Of a stretch of 32,000 bases of DNA, positions 1 through 10,907 are shown piece by piece. Every line of letters begins with the position of its first letter. The stretch's first letter is position 1. A model generated the notes under the pieces. The model saw only the letters and a program-made list of their open reading frames with translations, made no database searches and was not told the origin of the DNA. The stretch spans positions 5,760,001-5,792,000 of the forward strand of contig NZ_LN831024.1 in the NCBI RefSeq assembly GCF_001457615.1, read 5' to 3'. Both the position numbers and the translations under genes were made by a program. The stretch comes from Pseudomonas aeruginosa (GTDB lineage: Bacteria > Pseudomonadota > Gammaproteobacteria > Pseudomonadales > Pseudomonadaceae).

Positions 1-1
1 G

Positions 2-109
2 CGCCTGCGCGAATGGGCGCTGGACTGGCTGGAGGACAACGATATCCAGCCGGCCGCGCGGCAGAGTCCGACGTCGCTCCTGCCGCCGCCGGGCAAGCCG
101 TTCGCCTAG
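2..109 (+). CDS. 3' end of an unidentified CDS entering from the left window edge (...LLPPPGKPFA*)
   Basis: Frame is open from position 2 to TAG at 107-109. About 32 of 35 codons end in G/C, the coding signature of this genome. Too short to assign a family. Confidence 0.35.
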   Translation, partial: RLREWALDWLEDNDIQPAARQSPTSLLPPPGKPFA

Positions 110-116
110 CGCGGTA

Positions 117-851
117 CTAGAGGACCTGACGGAGGAAGGCCTGGGCCCGCGGGTCCTGCGGATTGTCGAAGAACTGCGCCGGCGGCGCGTCCTCCAGCAG
201 CTTGCCGTGGTCGAAGAACAGCACGCGGTCGGCCACTTCGCGGGCAAAGCCCATCTCGTGGGTCACGCAGACCATGGTCATGCCTTCCACGGCCAGGGTC
301 TTCATGACGTCGAGGACTTCGCCGACCATCTCCGGATCGAGCGCCGAGGTCGGTTCGTCGAACAGCATCACCTTGGGGTCCATGCACAACGCGCGAGCGA
401 TCGCCACGCGCTGCTGCTGGCCGCCGGACAGGCGCGAGGGATATTCGTCGGCCTTCTGCCCGATGCCGACCTTGGCCAGCAGCGCCCGCGCCTTGGCCTC
501 GCGCTCGGCCTTGCCGCGCTTGCGCACCACGCGTTGGGCCAGGCAGAGGTTCTCGAGCACGGTCATGTGCGGGAACAGGTTGAAATGCTGGAACACCATG
601 CCGACTTCGCGGCGGTAGGCATTGATGTCGGTCCTCGGGTCGGCCAGGTCGACGCCGTCGATGCTCACCGAGCCTTCGTCGAACTCCTCCAGGCCGTTCA
701 GGCAGCGCAGGAAGGTCGACTTGCCGGAACCGGACGGACCGATCACCACCAGTACCTCGCCCCTGGCCACGCGGGTACTCACGTCGTCCACCGCGCGCAC
801 TACCTGGCCGCGGGTATCGAAGACCTTCAGCAGGTTGCGTACTTCAATCAC
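117..851 (-). CDS. Polar amino-acid ABC transporter, ATP-binding subunit (GlnQ/HisP-like), 244 aa
   Basis: Walker [13 protein letters not shown] signature [15 protein letters not shown], Walker [15 protein letters not shown] start at 851 with GGAGG about 9 nt upstream. The start overlaps the upstream permease stop by 8 nt. Confidence 0.93.
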   Translation of the reverse strand: MIEVRNLLKVFDTRGQVVRAVDDVSTRVARGEVLVVIGPSGSGKSTFLRCLNGLEEFDEGSVSIDGVDLADPRTDINAYRREVGMVFQHFNLFPHMTVLENLCLAQRVVRKRGKAEREAKARALLAKVGIGQKADEYPSRLSGGQQQRVAIARALCMDPKVMLFDEPTSALDPEMVGEVLDVMKTLAVEGMTMVCVTHEMGFAREVADRVLFFDHGKLLEDAPPAQFFDNPQDPRAQAFLRQVL

Positions 852-1806
852 TTTGTCCGAGCCTCCGCTCCAGTCGGGATGCCATGTGCGAAAGGGGCAG
901 GTTCAACAGCAGGTACAACGCGGCGACGCAGAACCAGATCTCGAAGGTGGAGAACGAGGTGGTGATCGCCTCGCGGCCGCTCTTGGTCAGTTCGGTGATG
1001 GCGATCACCGAGACCAGCGAGGTGTCCTTGACCAGGCTGATGAACTGCCCGGCCAGCGGCGGCAGCACGCGCTTGAAGGCCTGCGGCAGGATCACGTAGC
1101 GCATCGACTGGCCGGCGTTCAGGCCCAGGGAGCGGGCGGCCTCGTTCTGTCCGCGGGCGATGGACTGCACGCCGGCCCGGATGATCTCGGCCACGTAGGC
1201 GCCGGTGAACAGCGCCAGCGCCGCGACCCCGGCGAACTCGCGGGACAGGTTGAGCACGGTGCCGATGAAGAAGTAGAAGATGAAGATCTGCACCAGCAAC
1301 GGCGTGCCGCGCACCAGCTCGACGTAGATCGTCGACAGGTCGTGCAGGGTCGGGTTCTTCGACAGCCGGCAGAGGCCGGCGACCAGGCCGATAGCCAGAC
1401 CGATGGCACCGGACACCAGCGATAGCCAGAGGGTGGTCCACAGGCCCCAGAGCAGTGGGCCGGCGGCCCAGTGGCGGGTCACCCCGACCGCGTCGCCCTC
1501 GGCCACGTCGTCGCCTTCGGAGAATTGCAGGCTGTCCTGGGCGACGGTCACGACCTGCTTCTCGCCGCTCTCGCCAAGCAGCGTGACGCGCGCGTCCCTG
1601 CCCTGTTCCTCGATAGCCTCGACCCGGCCGATCTCGTTGGCCCGTAAAGGCTCCTCGGCCTGGTAGGCGAAGTACTGCGGAACGCGGTTCCAGCGCCATT
1701 CATAGGAAATCAGCGAGGTGGAGAACCACAGCGCCCAGGCCAGGACCAGCAGGATCAGCCCGGTCAGCAGGTGCCAGGGCCAGACGGAACGTTTCTTCTT
1801 GGTCAC
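844..1806 (-). CDS. Polar amino-acid ABC transporter permease (His/Glu/Gln/Arg/opine family) with a long N-terminal extension, 320 aa
   Basis: Multiple hydrophobic segments. The C-terminal half is typical of HisM/GlnP-type permeases (ARSLGL..Q..R.VILPQA). GTG start at 1806 is preceded by GAGAGAG. Translationally coupled to the ATPase. Confidence 0.88.
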   Translation of the reverse strand: MTKKKRSVWPWHLLTGLILLVLAWALWFSTSLISYEWRWNRVPQYFAYQAEEPLRANEIGRVEAIEEQGRDARVTLLGESGEKQVVTVAQDSLQFSEGDDVAEGDAVGVTRHWAAGPLLWGLWTTLWLSLVSGAIGLAIGLVAGLCRLSKNPTLHDLSTIYVELVRGTPLLVQIFIFYFFIGTVLNLSREFAGVAALALFTGAYVAEIIRAGVQSIARGQNEAARSLGLNAGQSMRYVILPQAFKRVLPPLAGQFISLVKDTSLVSVIAITELTKSGREAITTSFSTFEIWFCVAALYLLLNLPLSHMASRLERRLGQSD

Positions 1807-1841
1807 GGAAACTCTCTCGAACGATGGAATGCGCAGGTACG

Positions 1842-1866
1842 ACGGCCCCCTTCGCGGGGGCCGTCA
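1842..1866 (-). terminator. Intercistronic GC-rich stem-loop between the binding-protein and permease genes (possible attenuator or mRNA stabiliser)
   Basis: Perfect 10-bp inverted repeat GACGGCCCCC / GGGGGCCGTC with a 5-nt loop, in the 65-bp gap after the binding-protein stop. No clear U-tract follows, so probably only partial termination. Confidence 0.45.
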
Positions 1867-1871
1867 GCGGT

Positions 1872-2672
1872 TCATTCCATTTCCTTCAGCCACTCGGTGT
1901 TCTTGAACCACTTGTCGTGGATGCGCTGATAGGTGCCGTCTTCGCGGATCTGATGGAGGAAGTTGTTGATGAAATTGATGCTGTCGTAGTCGCCTTTCTT
2001 CAGGCCGAACGCCAGCGGCTCGTAGGTGAACGGCTGGTCGAGGTAGACCAGCTTGCCGGCGCCGAACTTGCTCACCGCCACCACGTTGTAGGGCGAGTCG
2101 TAGATGAAGGCGTCAGCCTTGCCGTTGACCACGTCCATCACCGCTTCCGGCTCGTTGTCGAAGCCGTGGTACTTGGCCTTGCTGATCAGCTTGCGGGCAA
2201 CGATCTCACCGGTGGTGCCGATCTTCGAGGTGATGCTGTACTGCGGATCGTTCAGGTCCTTGTAGGACTTGATCTTGCCTTCCAGTTCCTTGCGCACCAG
2301 CAGGGTCTGGCCGACCACGATGAAGGGCTCGGAGAAGTTCAGGCGCAGGTTGCGCTCCTGGGTCAGGGTCATGCCCGAGCCGATCATGTCGAACTTGTCG
2401 GTCAGCAGCGCCGGGATGATGCCGTCGTAGCTGGTGGAGACCAGCTCCAGCTTGACGCCCATGGACTTGGCCATGGCCTTGAGCAGGTCGACTTCGAAGC
2501 CGATGATCTGGCCACGCTTGTTGGTCATCTCGAACGGCATGTAGGTCGGGTCCATGCCGACCCGCAGGGTGCCGCGCTTGACCGCGTCCTCCACCGCGCC
2601 GGCCGCCTGGACCGAAGCCACGCCCACCAGGGCGCAGACGCCCAGAACCAATGAAGCAAGATACTTTTTCAT
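1872..2672 (-). CDS. Periplasmic amino-acid-binding protein (family 3 SBP), 266 aa
   Basis: The ORF track gives 1872..2756. I place the start at the ATG at 2672 (MKKYLASLVLGVCALVGVASVQA-AG), which gives a canonical signal peptide and has GGGGA upstream. The fold family is inferred from the sequence pattern and the operon context. Confidence 0.88.
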   Translation of the reverse strand: MKKYLASLVLGVCALVGVASVQAAGAVEDAVKRGTLRVGMDPTYMPFEMTNKRGQIIGFEVDLLKAMAKSMGVKLELVSTSYDGIIPALLTDKFDMIGSGMTLTQERNLRLNFSEPFIVVGQTLLVRKELEGKIKSYKDLNDPQYSITSKIGTTGEIVARKLISKAKYHGFDNEPEAVMDVVNGKADAFIYDSPYNVVAVSKFGAGKLVYLDQPFTYEPLAFGLKKGDYDSINFINNFLHQIREDGTYQRIHDKWFKNTEWLKEME

Positions 2673-2875
2673 TCCCCAATCCCCAGCAGTCTTAGAAACA
2701 CAGTCGTCGAACGGATGCTCTCGTCGTGTCGCCGTCCCGGGCGGGCAGCAGGCCATGACCGGCTGCGCAAAAGGCGGCCGATAGTACCTCAGCTGGCGAA
2801 CGATACGAGACTTTCTGGATTGCCGGCGCAGGGTAACAGCAGCGCCGCACGGGGAAAACAGGCAAGAAACAGACC

Positions 2876-2905
2876 ATGCCCCCGGCGGCGCTCCGCCGGG
2901 GGCAT
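2876..2905 (-). terminator. Rho-independent terminator of opgGH
   Basis: Perfect 13-bp stem ATGCCCCCGGCGG / CCGCCGGGGGCAT with a 4-nt loop, 4 nt after the opgH stop. On the minus strand it is followed by the T-rich GGTCTGTTTCTTGCCTGTTTTCC. Confidence 0.8.
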
Positions 2906-2909
2906 GGGA

Positions 2910-5495
2910 TCAGGACTGGGCGGCGGGCAGCAGGCCGGCGTCGCCGGGCACTACCTGGGCCAGCGGTACGCTGGCGGCGTGGGGGTCGTCCGCCTCGGCC
3001 TTGCGCCAGCGGCCGAGCCAGTCGTCGCGGTCCTCTTCCCAGACCCGCGTATGCAGGCGCGAAAGTGCTACCGGGTCACTCAACAGAGCCAGGCGCGTGG
3101 TGCCGTCGAGCTGTTCCGGGCCCTTATCGATGGCCTTGCCGATACGCTCGCCGCGCACCGTCTCGATGGCTTGCGCACGGTTGTGGCGAGCCGTGCCCAT
3201 GGCGCAGGCCAGGGCGTTGAGCAACGGATCGACGGCGGCCTTGAGGAAGCCATCCTTGAGCGCATGCCAGCGGTTCTCGTAGGTGTACTCGTCGGTGGCG
3301 CGCAGCTCGCGCGGCGTGTCGTACTCCTCCGGGATCAGGAACAGCTTTTCGTCGCGGGCGCGCAGGCCCAGCTTCACCCGGCTGGAGATCACCGATACCG
3401 GGATCGACAGGATCAGCGAACCGACGATCGGCGACAGCCACCACAGGAAGCGCGGGTTGAGCCAGGCCACCAGCAGGGTCCAGGCGATACCCAGCAGGGT
3501 CTGCATGCCGTGCCGGCGGATCGCCTCGCTCCAGGGCGTGGCGTCGTCGTCGCGCTGCGGCGAGTTCCACTGCACCGACCAGCCGAGGAAGGCGGCCAGC
3601 ACGAAGCGGGTGTGGAAGAGCATGCGCACCGGCGCCAGCAGCACCGAGAAGAACATCTCCAGGAGCATGCTCAGGGTCACCCGGATCACCCCGCCGAAAC
3701 CCTTGGCGCCCTTGGCCCAGATCAGCATTACGCTGAGCAGCTTGGGCAGGAACAACAGGGTCAGGGTGGTGGAGAACAACGCGATGGCCTTCTCCGGATG
3801 CCACTGCGGCCAGATCGGGAACAGCTGCCGCGGTTCCAGGAAGTACTGCGGCTCCATCAGTTGGTGCACCGCCAGCAGCGCGGTGGAAAGCACCAGGAAG
3901 AAGAACCACAACGGCGCCGACAGGTAGGACATGACCCCGGTGAGGAACACCGCGCGGTGCACCGGGTGCATGCCCTTGACCAGGAACAGGCGGAAGTTCA
4001 TCAGGTTGCCGTGGCACCAGCGGCGGTCGCGCTTGAGTTCGTCGAGCAGGTTCGGCGGCAGTTCTTCGTAGCTGCCGTCGAGGTCGTAGGCGATCCACAC
4101 GCCCCAGCCGGCACGGCGCATCAACGCAGCCTCGACGAAGTCGTGGGACAGGATCGCGCCGGCGAACGAGCCCTTGCCCGGCAACGGCGCCAGGGCGCAG
4201 TGGTCGATGAAGGGCTGCATGCGGATGATCGCGTTGTGGCCCCAGTAGTGCGACTCGCCGAGTTGCCAGAAGTGCAGGCCGGCGGTGAACAGCGGGCCGT
4301 AGACGCGGGTGGCGAACTGCTGCATGCGCGCATACAGGGTGTCCATGCCGGACGCCTTCGGCGCGGTCTGGATGATCCCCGCCTCAGGATTGGCCTCCAT
4401 CAGGCGTACCAGCTTGGCCAGGCAGTCGCCGCTCATCACGCTGTCGGCGTCCATCACCACCATGTAGCGGTAGTCGCCGCCCCAGCGCCGGCAGAAGTCG
4501 TCGATGTTGCCGCTCTTGCGCTTCACCCGACGCCGGCGGCGACGGTAGAAGATCTTGCCGAAGCCCTTGGTCTCGCGGCACAGCTCGAGCCAGGCCTGCT
4601 GCTCGGCGACGGCGATATCCGGGTCGTTGGTGTCGCTGAGGACGAAGAAGTCGAAGCGCTCCATCTCGCCGGTGGCGGCCATCGACTCGACGGTCGCCCG
4701 CAGGCCGGCGAATACCCGCGGCACGTCTTCGTTGCAGATCGGCATGACGATCGCCGTGCGGGCGTCGGCGGCGATCGGCTCGCTGCCGGCGCTGCTGCCG
4801 GAGATCCGGTAGCGGTCACGCCCGGTGAGCAGCTCCCAGAAGCCCATCAGCGCGGTCCAGAAGCCGGCCGAGACCCAGCAGAAGAGGATCGCGAAGAGCG
4901 CCAGGATGCCGAACTGGATGACATAGGGCAGCACCTGCTGGACGGTATCCAGCAGGCTCTGCTGGGCCAGCTCCTCCAGGTCGACGAAGGCCCAGCCCTG
5001 GTAGGGCAGGATGCCTTTCATGTAGTAGGTGGCGACCGAGGTCTGCGCCAGCATCAACAACAGCAGGATGAACCGGCGCAGCGAGCCGACCCGCTGCCAG
5101 CGGGCCCGCGGCAGGGCACGCTTGGGCTTGGGCGGGTTGCTGCGTCCGGTCAGCCGACGCCAGCCGCGCACCAGGATGTTGGTGCGCCAGGGCTCGGGAA
5201 TCACCTTGGTACGGCGGATCGGCGGGGAAATCTTGAGGAAGGTGCGACCCCGGGCGTCGACGCCGAACATCTCGGCGTCGTCCAGCTCAGGGGTGCCCAG
5301 CTGCAGGCGGGCGCGTACCGAGGCCAGGGCGGGATCGCCCCCGGCATCGGCAGCGGCGCCTTCCGCTCCCGCCAGGCGAGCGTGCAGCTCGGAGAAGGAA
5401 GCGGACTCGCCAAGTCGCTCCCGCTCCTCTTCCGCCAGGGGAAGATGAGCGAGGTAGTCGGCCAGCGGTGCTTTCGTAGTGGATGGGTTATTCAT
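2910..5495 (-). CDS. opgH: Glucans biosynthesis glucosyltransferase H (OpgH/MdoH), 861 aa
   Basis: Large polytopic protein with a central GT2 domain ([33 protein letters not shown]). Overlaps opgG by 8 nt, the usual opgGH arrangement. Confidence 0.95.
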
Positions 5496-7065
5496 CGGCA
5501 GGCAGCTGATAGCTCCAGGTTTCGCTCAGTGGCTTCTGCGCCTCGTCGACCAGCGCCGCGCGCATTTCCACCGGCTTCTTCGGATCCTTGACCTTGATCC
5601 GCAGCGTCAGGCGCCAGCCTTTCAGGACCGGGTTGTAACGCAGGCTGTTCTCCACCACCTCGGCGTTGCTGTCGGTGCTGACCTGGGTGGTCACCGGCGC
5701 GTCCGGCGCCAGGTCCTTCAGGGCCGGCCCTTCGAAGTCGACGACCAGGGCGGTGCTGCCGTCCTGCTGGCGGATCAGGTTCTTCTGCTTCACGTCGCCG
5801 ACCGAGCGCATGGTCTGCTTGACCCAGGAGGATTTCGGGTCGTGCAGCTCGTCTTCATCCATGGTCCAGTGCAGGCGGTAGGCGAAGTCCAGCGGCTTTC
5901 CGACCTCAGGCTGGGTCTCGGGGTTCCAGAACGCGACGATATTGTCGTTGGTTTCGTCCGGGGTCGGGATTTCCACCAGTTCCACGGTGCCCTTGCCCCA
6001 GTCGCCCTTCGGCTCGATCCAGGCGCTCGGACGCAGGTCGTAGCGGTCGTCCAGGTCTTCGTAGCGGGAGAACTCGCGGCCGCGCTGGAGCAGGCCGAAG
6101 CCTTTCGGGTTCTCCACGCTGAAGGTGCTCACCGACAGGTGCTTCGGATTGTTCAGCGGACGCCACAGCCACTCGCCGTTGCCGGCATGGATCTGCAGAC
6201 CGCTGGAGTCATGCAGCTCGGGCCGGAAGTTGTGCTGCTCGGACGGCTGGTTGGAGCCGAACAGGTACATGCTGGTCAGCGGCGCCAGGCCCAGTTTGCT
6301 GACCTTGTCGCGGAGGAACACGCGGGCCTGGACATCCATCACCGCATCCTTGCCCGGACGCAGCACGAAGCGGTAGGCGCCGGTGGCCCGCGGCGAGTCG
6401 AGCAGGGCGTAGATCACCAGTTGCTTGTCCTGCGCCTTCGGCCGCTCGATCCAGAATTCGCGGAAGCGCGGGAACTCTTCGCCCGAAGGCAGCGCGGTAT
6501 CGATCGCCAGGCCGCGCGCCGACAGACCGTAGACCTGGCCCTTGCCGACCACGCGGAAGTAGCTCGCGCCAAGGAAGGTGGCGATCTCGTCCTGCTTGTC
6601 GGCCTTGTTGATCGGATAGAGCACGCGGAAACCGGCATAGCCGAGATCCTTGGTGGCATTCTCGTCGAACTTCAGGGATCCGAAATCGAATTTGGTGCGA
6701 TCGTACTTGATCGGCTTGACCGTGGTAGCGGTCACCTCGTTGATCTTCACCGGCGTGTCGAAGTGCATGCCCTGGTGATAGAAGCTCAGCTTGAACGGCG
6801 TCTTCAGCTTGCCCCAGTAGGCGCGCTCGTTGATAAAACGGATCTGCTGGTAATCGGCGAATTTCATTTCGCTGAATTCCGATGGCAGGTTGCTGGTCGG
6901 CGCGGAATACTTGTCGCCGGCCAGGTCCTTGGCCTTGCTCGCCACGTCGTCGATGCTGAACGCCCATACCGGGGCGGCGACGAATGCCAGCGCGGTCGAG
7001 CCGGCAAGCAGCAGGGTGCGCACGCGGGCGCGGAAATCGGTGTTTGAAACGGAACGGAAAATCAC
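5488..7065 (-). CDS. opgG: Periplasmic glucans biosynthesis protein G (OpgG/MdoG), 525 aa
   Basis: N-terminal signal peptide ([20 protein letters not shown]). The sequence is typical of OpgG/OpgD. GTG start at 7065 with GAGGGGG upstream. Coupled to opgH. Confidence 0.93.
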
Positions 7066-7521
7066 GAGGCCCCCTCGTCCGTGAACATGAATTACTGAAG
7101 ACGCCCTGACCGTTCAGGGGTCTCCGACGGCACCGGAGTGCCGGTCGAACATGGTTTCGCCACATTCGCTGCCAAACCCGATAGATAGCCAGATTTGGCG
7201 CGATCTGACAAAAAGAATGCCTGTTTCCAGTCATTCGCGTTACGTGCACCGGGCCTGGAAAACCAGGGGGCATGCCGCTCGTCGGCTAGCGACCCCAGAG
7301 GTTCCGACCCTGCCCGGGCGGAATGATTCCCGTCCATTGGGTTGCAGGACGCCCCGCCCGGCATCGGGATGCCGGCCGGCCTGTCCTGTACAGCATGAAA
7401 TCGGCGTGCGGATGATGCACCGAGGTTGTGACAAAAGGCCATGTATCTGTCACAAAAATTCACCGTTCCGGCCCCGCCATCCCTCCCTGAAGCACCTTGG
7501 GGACAATCCCCTCGACGCCGA
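7066..7521 (-). promoter_or_regulatory. Long (456 bp) opgGH upstream/leader region, also the 3' flank of dtd
   Basis: Non-coding by codon usage. Contains several hairpins: CCCTGA-ccgt-TCAGGG at 7104-7119 and CCGGCAT..ATGCCGG at 7358-7375. Also an 8-bp inverted repeat TTGTGACA-N14-TGTCACAA at 7436-7465. No promoter element could be assigned with confidence. Confidence 0.3.
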
Positions 7522-7959
7522 TCAACTCTCCAGCAGGAAGGTCACCGGCCCGTCGTTGACCAGGTGCACCTGCATGTCGGCGCCGAAACGCCCGGTCGCC
7601 ACCTGCGGATAGGCCTCCCGCGCCAGTTTCACCAGGTGCTCGAACACCGTCTCTCCTTGCGCCGGCGGCGCCGCGCTGGAGAAGCTCGGACGCAGTCCGC
7701 TGCGGGTGTTCGCCGCCAGGGTGAATTGCGAGACCAGCAGCAAGCCGCCCTGCACGTCCAGCAAGGACCGGTTCATCTTGCCCTCGTCGTCGCCGAACAC
7801 CCTGTAGTTGAGCAGCTTGTGCAGCATCTTCGCCGCGCAACGCTCGCCATCCTCGGGCTCGACCCCGACCAGCACCAGCAGGCCGCGATCGATGGAGCCG
7901 ACGATTTCGCCGCCAACCTCCACCCGAGCCGCGCCGACGCGCTGCAGCAATGCCTTCAT
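7522..7959 (-). CDS. dtd: D-aminoacyl-tRNA deacylase, 145 aa
   Basis: Typical Dtd length and motifs ([14 protein letters not shown]-terminal NDGPVT). ATGA overlap with the pip stop. Confidence 0.95.
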   Translation of the reverse strand: MKALLQRVGAARVEVGGEIVGSIDRGLLVLVGVEPEDGERCAAKMLHKLLNYRVFGDDEGKMNRSLLDVQGGLLLVSQFTLAANTRSGLRPSFSSAAPPAQGETVFEHLVKLAREAYPQVATGRFGADMQVHLVNDGPVTFLLES

Positions 7960-8927
7960 TCGGCCTCCGGCGGCAGGTCGAGCAGTCGCCGGCCGATCTC
8001 GTTGGTGGCGCGCACCAGCGCATCGACTATCCCCGGCTCGCTGGCGGTATGCCCGGCGTCGCGGATGATCTGCAGTTCGCTGTTCGGCCAGGCCTGGTGC
8101 AGGGCCCAGGCATTGTCCAGCGGACAGATGGCGTCGTAGCGGCCATGCACGATCACGCCAGGCAGATGGGCGATGCGGTGCATGTCCTCGAGCAACTGGT
8201 TGGGCCTGAGGAAGCCCTGGTTGACGAAGAAGTGGTTCTCGATGCGCGAGATCGACAGCGCCCTGCCCGGCTCGGTGAAGCGGTCCACCACCATGGGGTT
8301 GGGGCGCAGCGTGGCGGTGCGGCCCTCCCAGGTCGACCAGGCCTTGGCAGCGTGCATCTGGGCGATCTGGTCGCTACCGGTCAGGCGCTTGTGGAAGGCC
8401 GCCAGCAGGTCGCCGCGCTCTTCCGGCGGGATCGGCGCGACATAGTCTTCCCAATAGTCGGGGAACAGGCGGCTGGCGCCTTCCTGGTAGAACCAGTGGA
8501 TGTCCTGCGGACGGCAGAGGAAGATGCCGCGCAGGATCAGCGCATGGACCCGCTCGGGATGGGTCTGCGCGTAGGCCAGCGACAGGGTCGAGCCCCAGGA
8601 ACCGCCGAACAGCACCCACTTCTCGATACCCAGGTGCTCGCGCAGGCGCTCCATGTCCGCCACCAGCTCCCAGGTGCTGTTCTTCTCCAGGCTGGCGTGG
8701 GGCGTGGAACGGCCGCAACCGCGCTGGTCGAAGGTGACGATACGGTAGAGGTTGGGATCGAAGAAGCGACGCGACAGGGCATCGCAACCGGAGCCGGGGC
8801 CGCCGTGGACGAAGACGACCGGCAGTCCGTCCGGCGAACCGCTTTCGTCGGCATACAGCACATGCGGTTCGTCGACGGCCAGCTCGTGGCGAGCGTAGGG
8901 TTTAATTTCCGGATACAGAACTAGCAT
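7956..8927 (-). CDS. pip: Proline iminopeptidase (alpha/beta hydrolase), 323 aa
   Basis: The ORF track gives 7956..9203. Start set at the ATG at 8927 ([11 protein letters not shown]...). HGGPG oxyanion motif and GGSWGS nucleophile elbow. The upstream extension is Arg/Ser/Pro-rich out-of-context sequence. Confidence 0.92.
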   Translation of the reverse strand: MLVLYPEIKPYARHELAVDEPHVLYADESGSPDGLPVVFVHGGPGSGCDALSRRFFDPNLYRIVTFDQRGCGRSTPHASLEKNSTWELVADMERLREHLGIEKWVLFGGSWGSTLSLAYAQTHPERVHALILRGIFLCRPQDIHWFYQEGASRLFPDYWEDYVAPIPPEERGDLLAAFHKRLTGSDQIAQMHAAKAWSTWEGRTATLRPNPMVVDRFTEPGRALSISRIENHFFVNQGFLRPNQLLEDMHRIAHLPGVIVHGRYDAICPLDNAWALHQAWPNSELQIIRDAGHTASEPGIVDALVRATNEIGRRLLDLPPEAE

Positions 8928-9108
8928 GATGCGCTCCCGAGGCGATGTGTTCGGCCCCCGGCGCAAACGTCGACAGCGGGGCCCGTCCTTTGCTCTGCCG
9001 CGCATGATACTTCGGCGCCGGGAAAAAAACCGAGCGGCTTTCATGTCCGCCCCGGTAGAGGGGAAACCATCAATCCAAGCAACGGCGCCTGGCGCCGGGA
9101 GAACGAGC

Positions 9109-9585
9109 ATGGCCGAGGCCTTGCGACACCGTATCCGCGCCGCCGGCCTGCTGGTGGTGGAGCAACGCATCCTGCTGGTCCGCCACGAGGTCGGCGGCGA
9201 CATCTACTGGATTCCGCCCGGCGGCGGCTTCGAGTCGGAATGCGACGAATCGACGAAGGATACCGTCCGGCGCGAGTTTTTCGAGGAGACCGGCCTGCGG
9301 GTGGACGTCGGCCCGCTGGTCTACGTGCGCGAATTCGCCGAACCCGCCGCCGGGCGCTTCCACATGGAGCTGTTCTACCGCATCGACGCCTGGCGTGGCG
9401 AGCCGACCCTGGCCAACCTGAAGGGCCTGGGCGGCGACGAGTTCGATATCCGCGAGGTCGGCTGGATCGCCCGCGACGAACTGCCTGGCCTGCCGTCGTT
9501 CTATCCGGCCGAACTGGCCGACGACGTCTGGTCGCGCCTGGACGCGCCGACGCCGTCGATCCGCCACCTCGGCCTGCAGCGCTAG
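9109..9585 (+). CDS. NUDIX family hydrolase, 158 aa
   Basis: Near-consensus Nudix box GGGFESECDESTKDTVRREFFEETGL. Start set at the ATG at 9109, which has GGGAGA 6 nt upstream; the ORF track starts at 8926. Substrate unknown. Confidence 0.8.
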   Translation: MAEALRHRIRAAGLLVVEQRILLVRHEVGGDIYWIPPGGGFESECDESTKDTVRREFFEETGLRVDVGPLVYVREFAEPAAGRFHMELFYRIDAWRGEPTLANLKGLGGDEFDIREVGWIARDELPGLPSFYPAELADDVWSRLDAPTPSIRHLGLQR

Positions 9586-9589
9586 ACGC

Positions 9590-10489
9590 TCACTGCACCG
9601 GATCGCTGGTGGGGTTCTCGAGGATCGCCTTCAGCTCCGCGGTCATGGGAAACTCCAGGTTCAACCCCTTGGGCGGGATCGGCTGCTGGAACCAGCGCTG
9701 GTAGATGCCCTGTATCTCGCCCGAGCGATACAGCCCGGCCAGGGTCTCGTTGACCAGGGCAAGGAACTGCGGGTCGTCCTTGCGCACCATGCAGCTGTAG
9801 ATCTCCCGCGATTGCGGCTCGCCGACCACCACCCAGTCGTGCGGCTGGCGCGCCTTGGCGCGTTCGCCGTAGAGCAGCGCATCGTCCATGTAGAAGGCCA
9901 CCGCGCGACCCGATTGCAGCATCTGGAAGGCTTCGCCGTGGTCCTTGGCGCTGACCACGTTCATCCCCAGCTTGTGTTCGGCGTTGTAGTTCTTCAGGTA
10001 GCGCTCGTTGGTGGTGCCGGCGGTGGTCACCACGTTCTTGCCCTTGAGGTCGTCGAAGTGGGCGATGCCGCTGTCCTTGCGGGTCAGCAACTGGCCCTTG
10101 ACGTAGATGAAGCCGTAGGAGAACGCCACCTGTTTCTGCCGCTCGGCGGTGACCCCGGTGGAGCCGCACTCCAGGTCGACGGTGCCATTCTGCACCAGAG
10201 GGATACGGGTCTGCGAAGTGACCAGGTTGTACTTCACCTTGAGTTCCGGCTTGCCGAGGGTGCTTTTGAGCCGCTCCACCACCTTGTCGGCCAGTTCCAC
10301 CGAATAGCCCATGGGCTGGCCGCTGTTATCGCCAAGGTAGGAGAAAGGCACCGAGGCATCGCGATAACCCAGGGTTATCGTGCCGTTGTCGGCAACCTTC
10401 TTCAGGGTGCCGCTGAGTTCCTCGGCCTGCGCGGCGCCGATGGCGAGCGACAGGGAGAGTGCGAGAGTGCTGGATACAAGAATTTTCAT
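9590..10489 (-). CDS. dguC: Periplasmic amino-acid-binding protein (GltI-like), last gene of the dgu operon, 299 aa
   Basis: Signal peptide MKILVSSTLALSLSLAIGAAQA-EE and SBP family 3 features. Lies downstream of dguA-dguB as I recall for PA5082. Confidence 0.8.
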   Translation of the reverse strand: MKILVSSTLALSLSLAIGAAQAEELSGTLKKVADNGTITLGYRDASVPFSYLGDNSGQPMGYSVELADKVVERLKSTLGKPELKVKYNLVTSQTRIPLVQNGTVDLECGSTGVTAERQKQVAFSYGFIYVKGQLLTRKDSGIAHFDDLKGKNVVTTAGTTNERYLKNYNAEHKLGMNVVSAKDHGEAFQMLQSGRAVAFYMDDALLYGERAKARQPHDWVVVGEPQSREIYSCMVRKDDPQFLALVNETLAGLYRSGEIQGIYQRWFQQPIPPKGLNLEFPMTAELKAILENPTSDPVQ

Positions 10490-10531
10490 CGGAGGTTCTG
10501 CCTCTTTTTTCTTATGGCTATGGAAAGTAAG

Positions 10532-10882
10532 TCAGCCCCTGGCCGCCACCACGGTGATCTCCACCAGCACCGACGGACGCGCCAGCTCCGCCTGGACGGT
10601 GGTCCGGCTGGGCGCCTGGCCGATCGGCAACCACTGGGTCCAGACCTCGTTCAGGGCGGCGAAATCGCGGGCGATGTCCTTCAGGTAGATGGTCGCGCTG
10701 AGGATACGCTCCTTGCGCGACCCGGCCTCGGCCAGCAGCGCGTCGATCTTCGCCAGCACCTCGCGGGTCTGGCCATGGATATCCTCGGCCTGGCCCGGCA
10801 CCTGGCCGGAAAGAAATACCAGGGCGTCGAAGCAGACCGCGGCGGACAGGCGGTCGTTGGTGGCGATACGGGTCGGTTCCAT
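10532..10882 (-). CDS. dguB: RidA/YjgF/TdcF family enamine/imine deaminase, 116 aa
   Basis: The ORF track gives 10532..11308. Start set at the ATG at 10882 (MEPTRIATNDRLSAAV...), with GGAG upstream. The length and C-terminal VEITVVA motif are typical of RidA. Confidence 0.85.
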   Translation of the reverse strand: MEPTRIATNDRLSAAVCFDALVFLSGQVPGQAEDIHGQTREVLAKIDALLAEAGSRKERILSATIYLKDIARDFAALNEVWTQWLPIGQAPSRTTVQAELARPSVLVEITVVAARG

Positions 10883-10907
10883 GGGAGTGCTCCAGGTCGA
10901 GGGGAAT

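Noticed and set aside
2715-5591. 958-aa plus-strand ORF covering the whole opgH region
   Set aside because: It is antisense to a well-supported gene. The translation is Arg/Ala/Gly/Pro/Gln-rich low-complexity sequence with no motifs. Long stop-free antisense frames are expected at about 66% GC.
7092-7612. ORFs of 123 aa (minus) and 153 aa (plus) in the opgG-dtd intergenic region
   Set aside because: Poor codon usage, no RBS, no recognisable motifs, and the plus-strand ORF runs antisense into dtd.
9583-9592. The convergent NUDIX and dguC genes end only 4 nt apart, suggesting overlapping 3' UTRs or transcriptional interference
   Set aside because: The arrangement is real but common in compact genomes. 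Nothing in the sequence, such as a shared bidirectional terminator, supports a specific mechanism.
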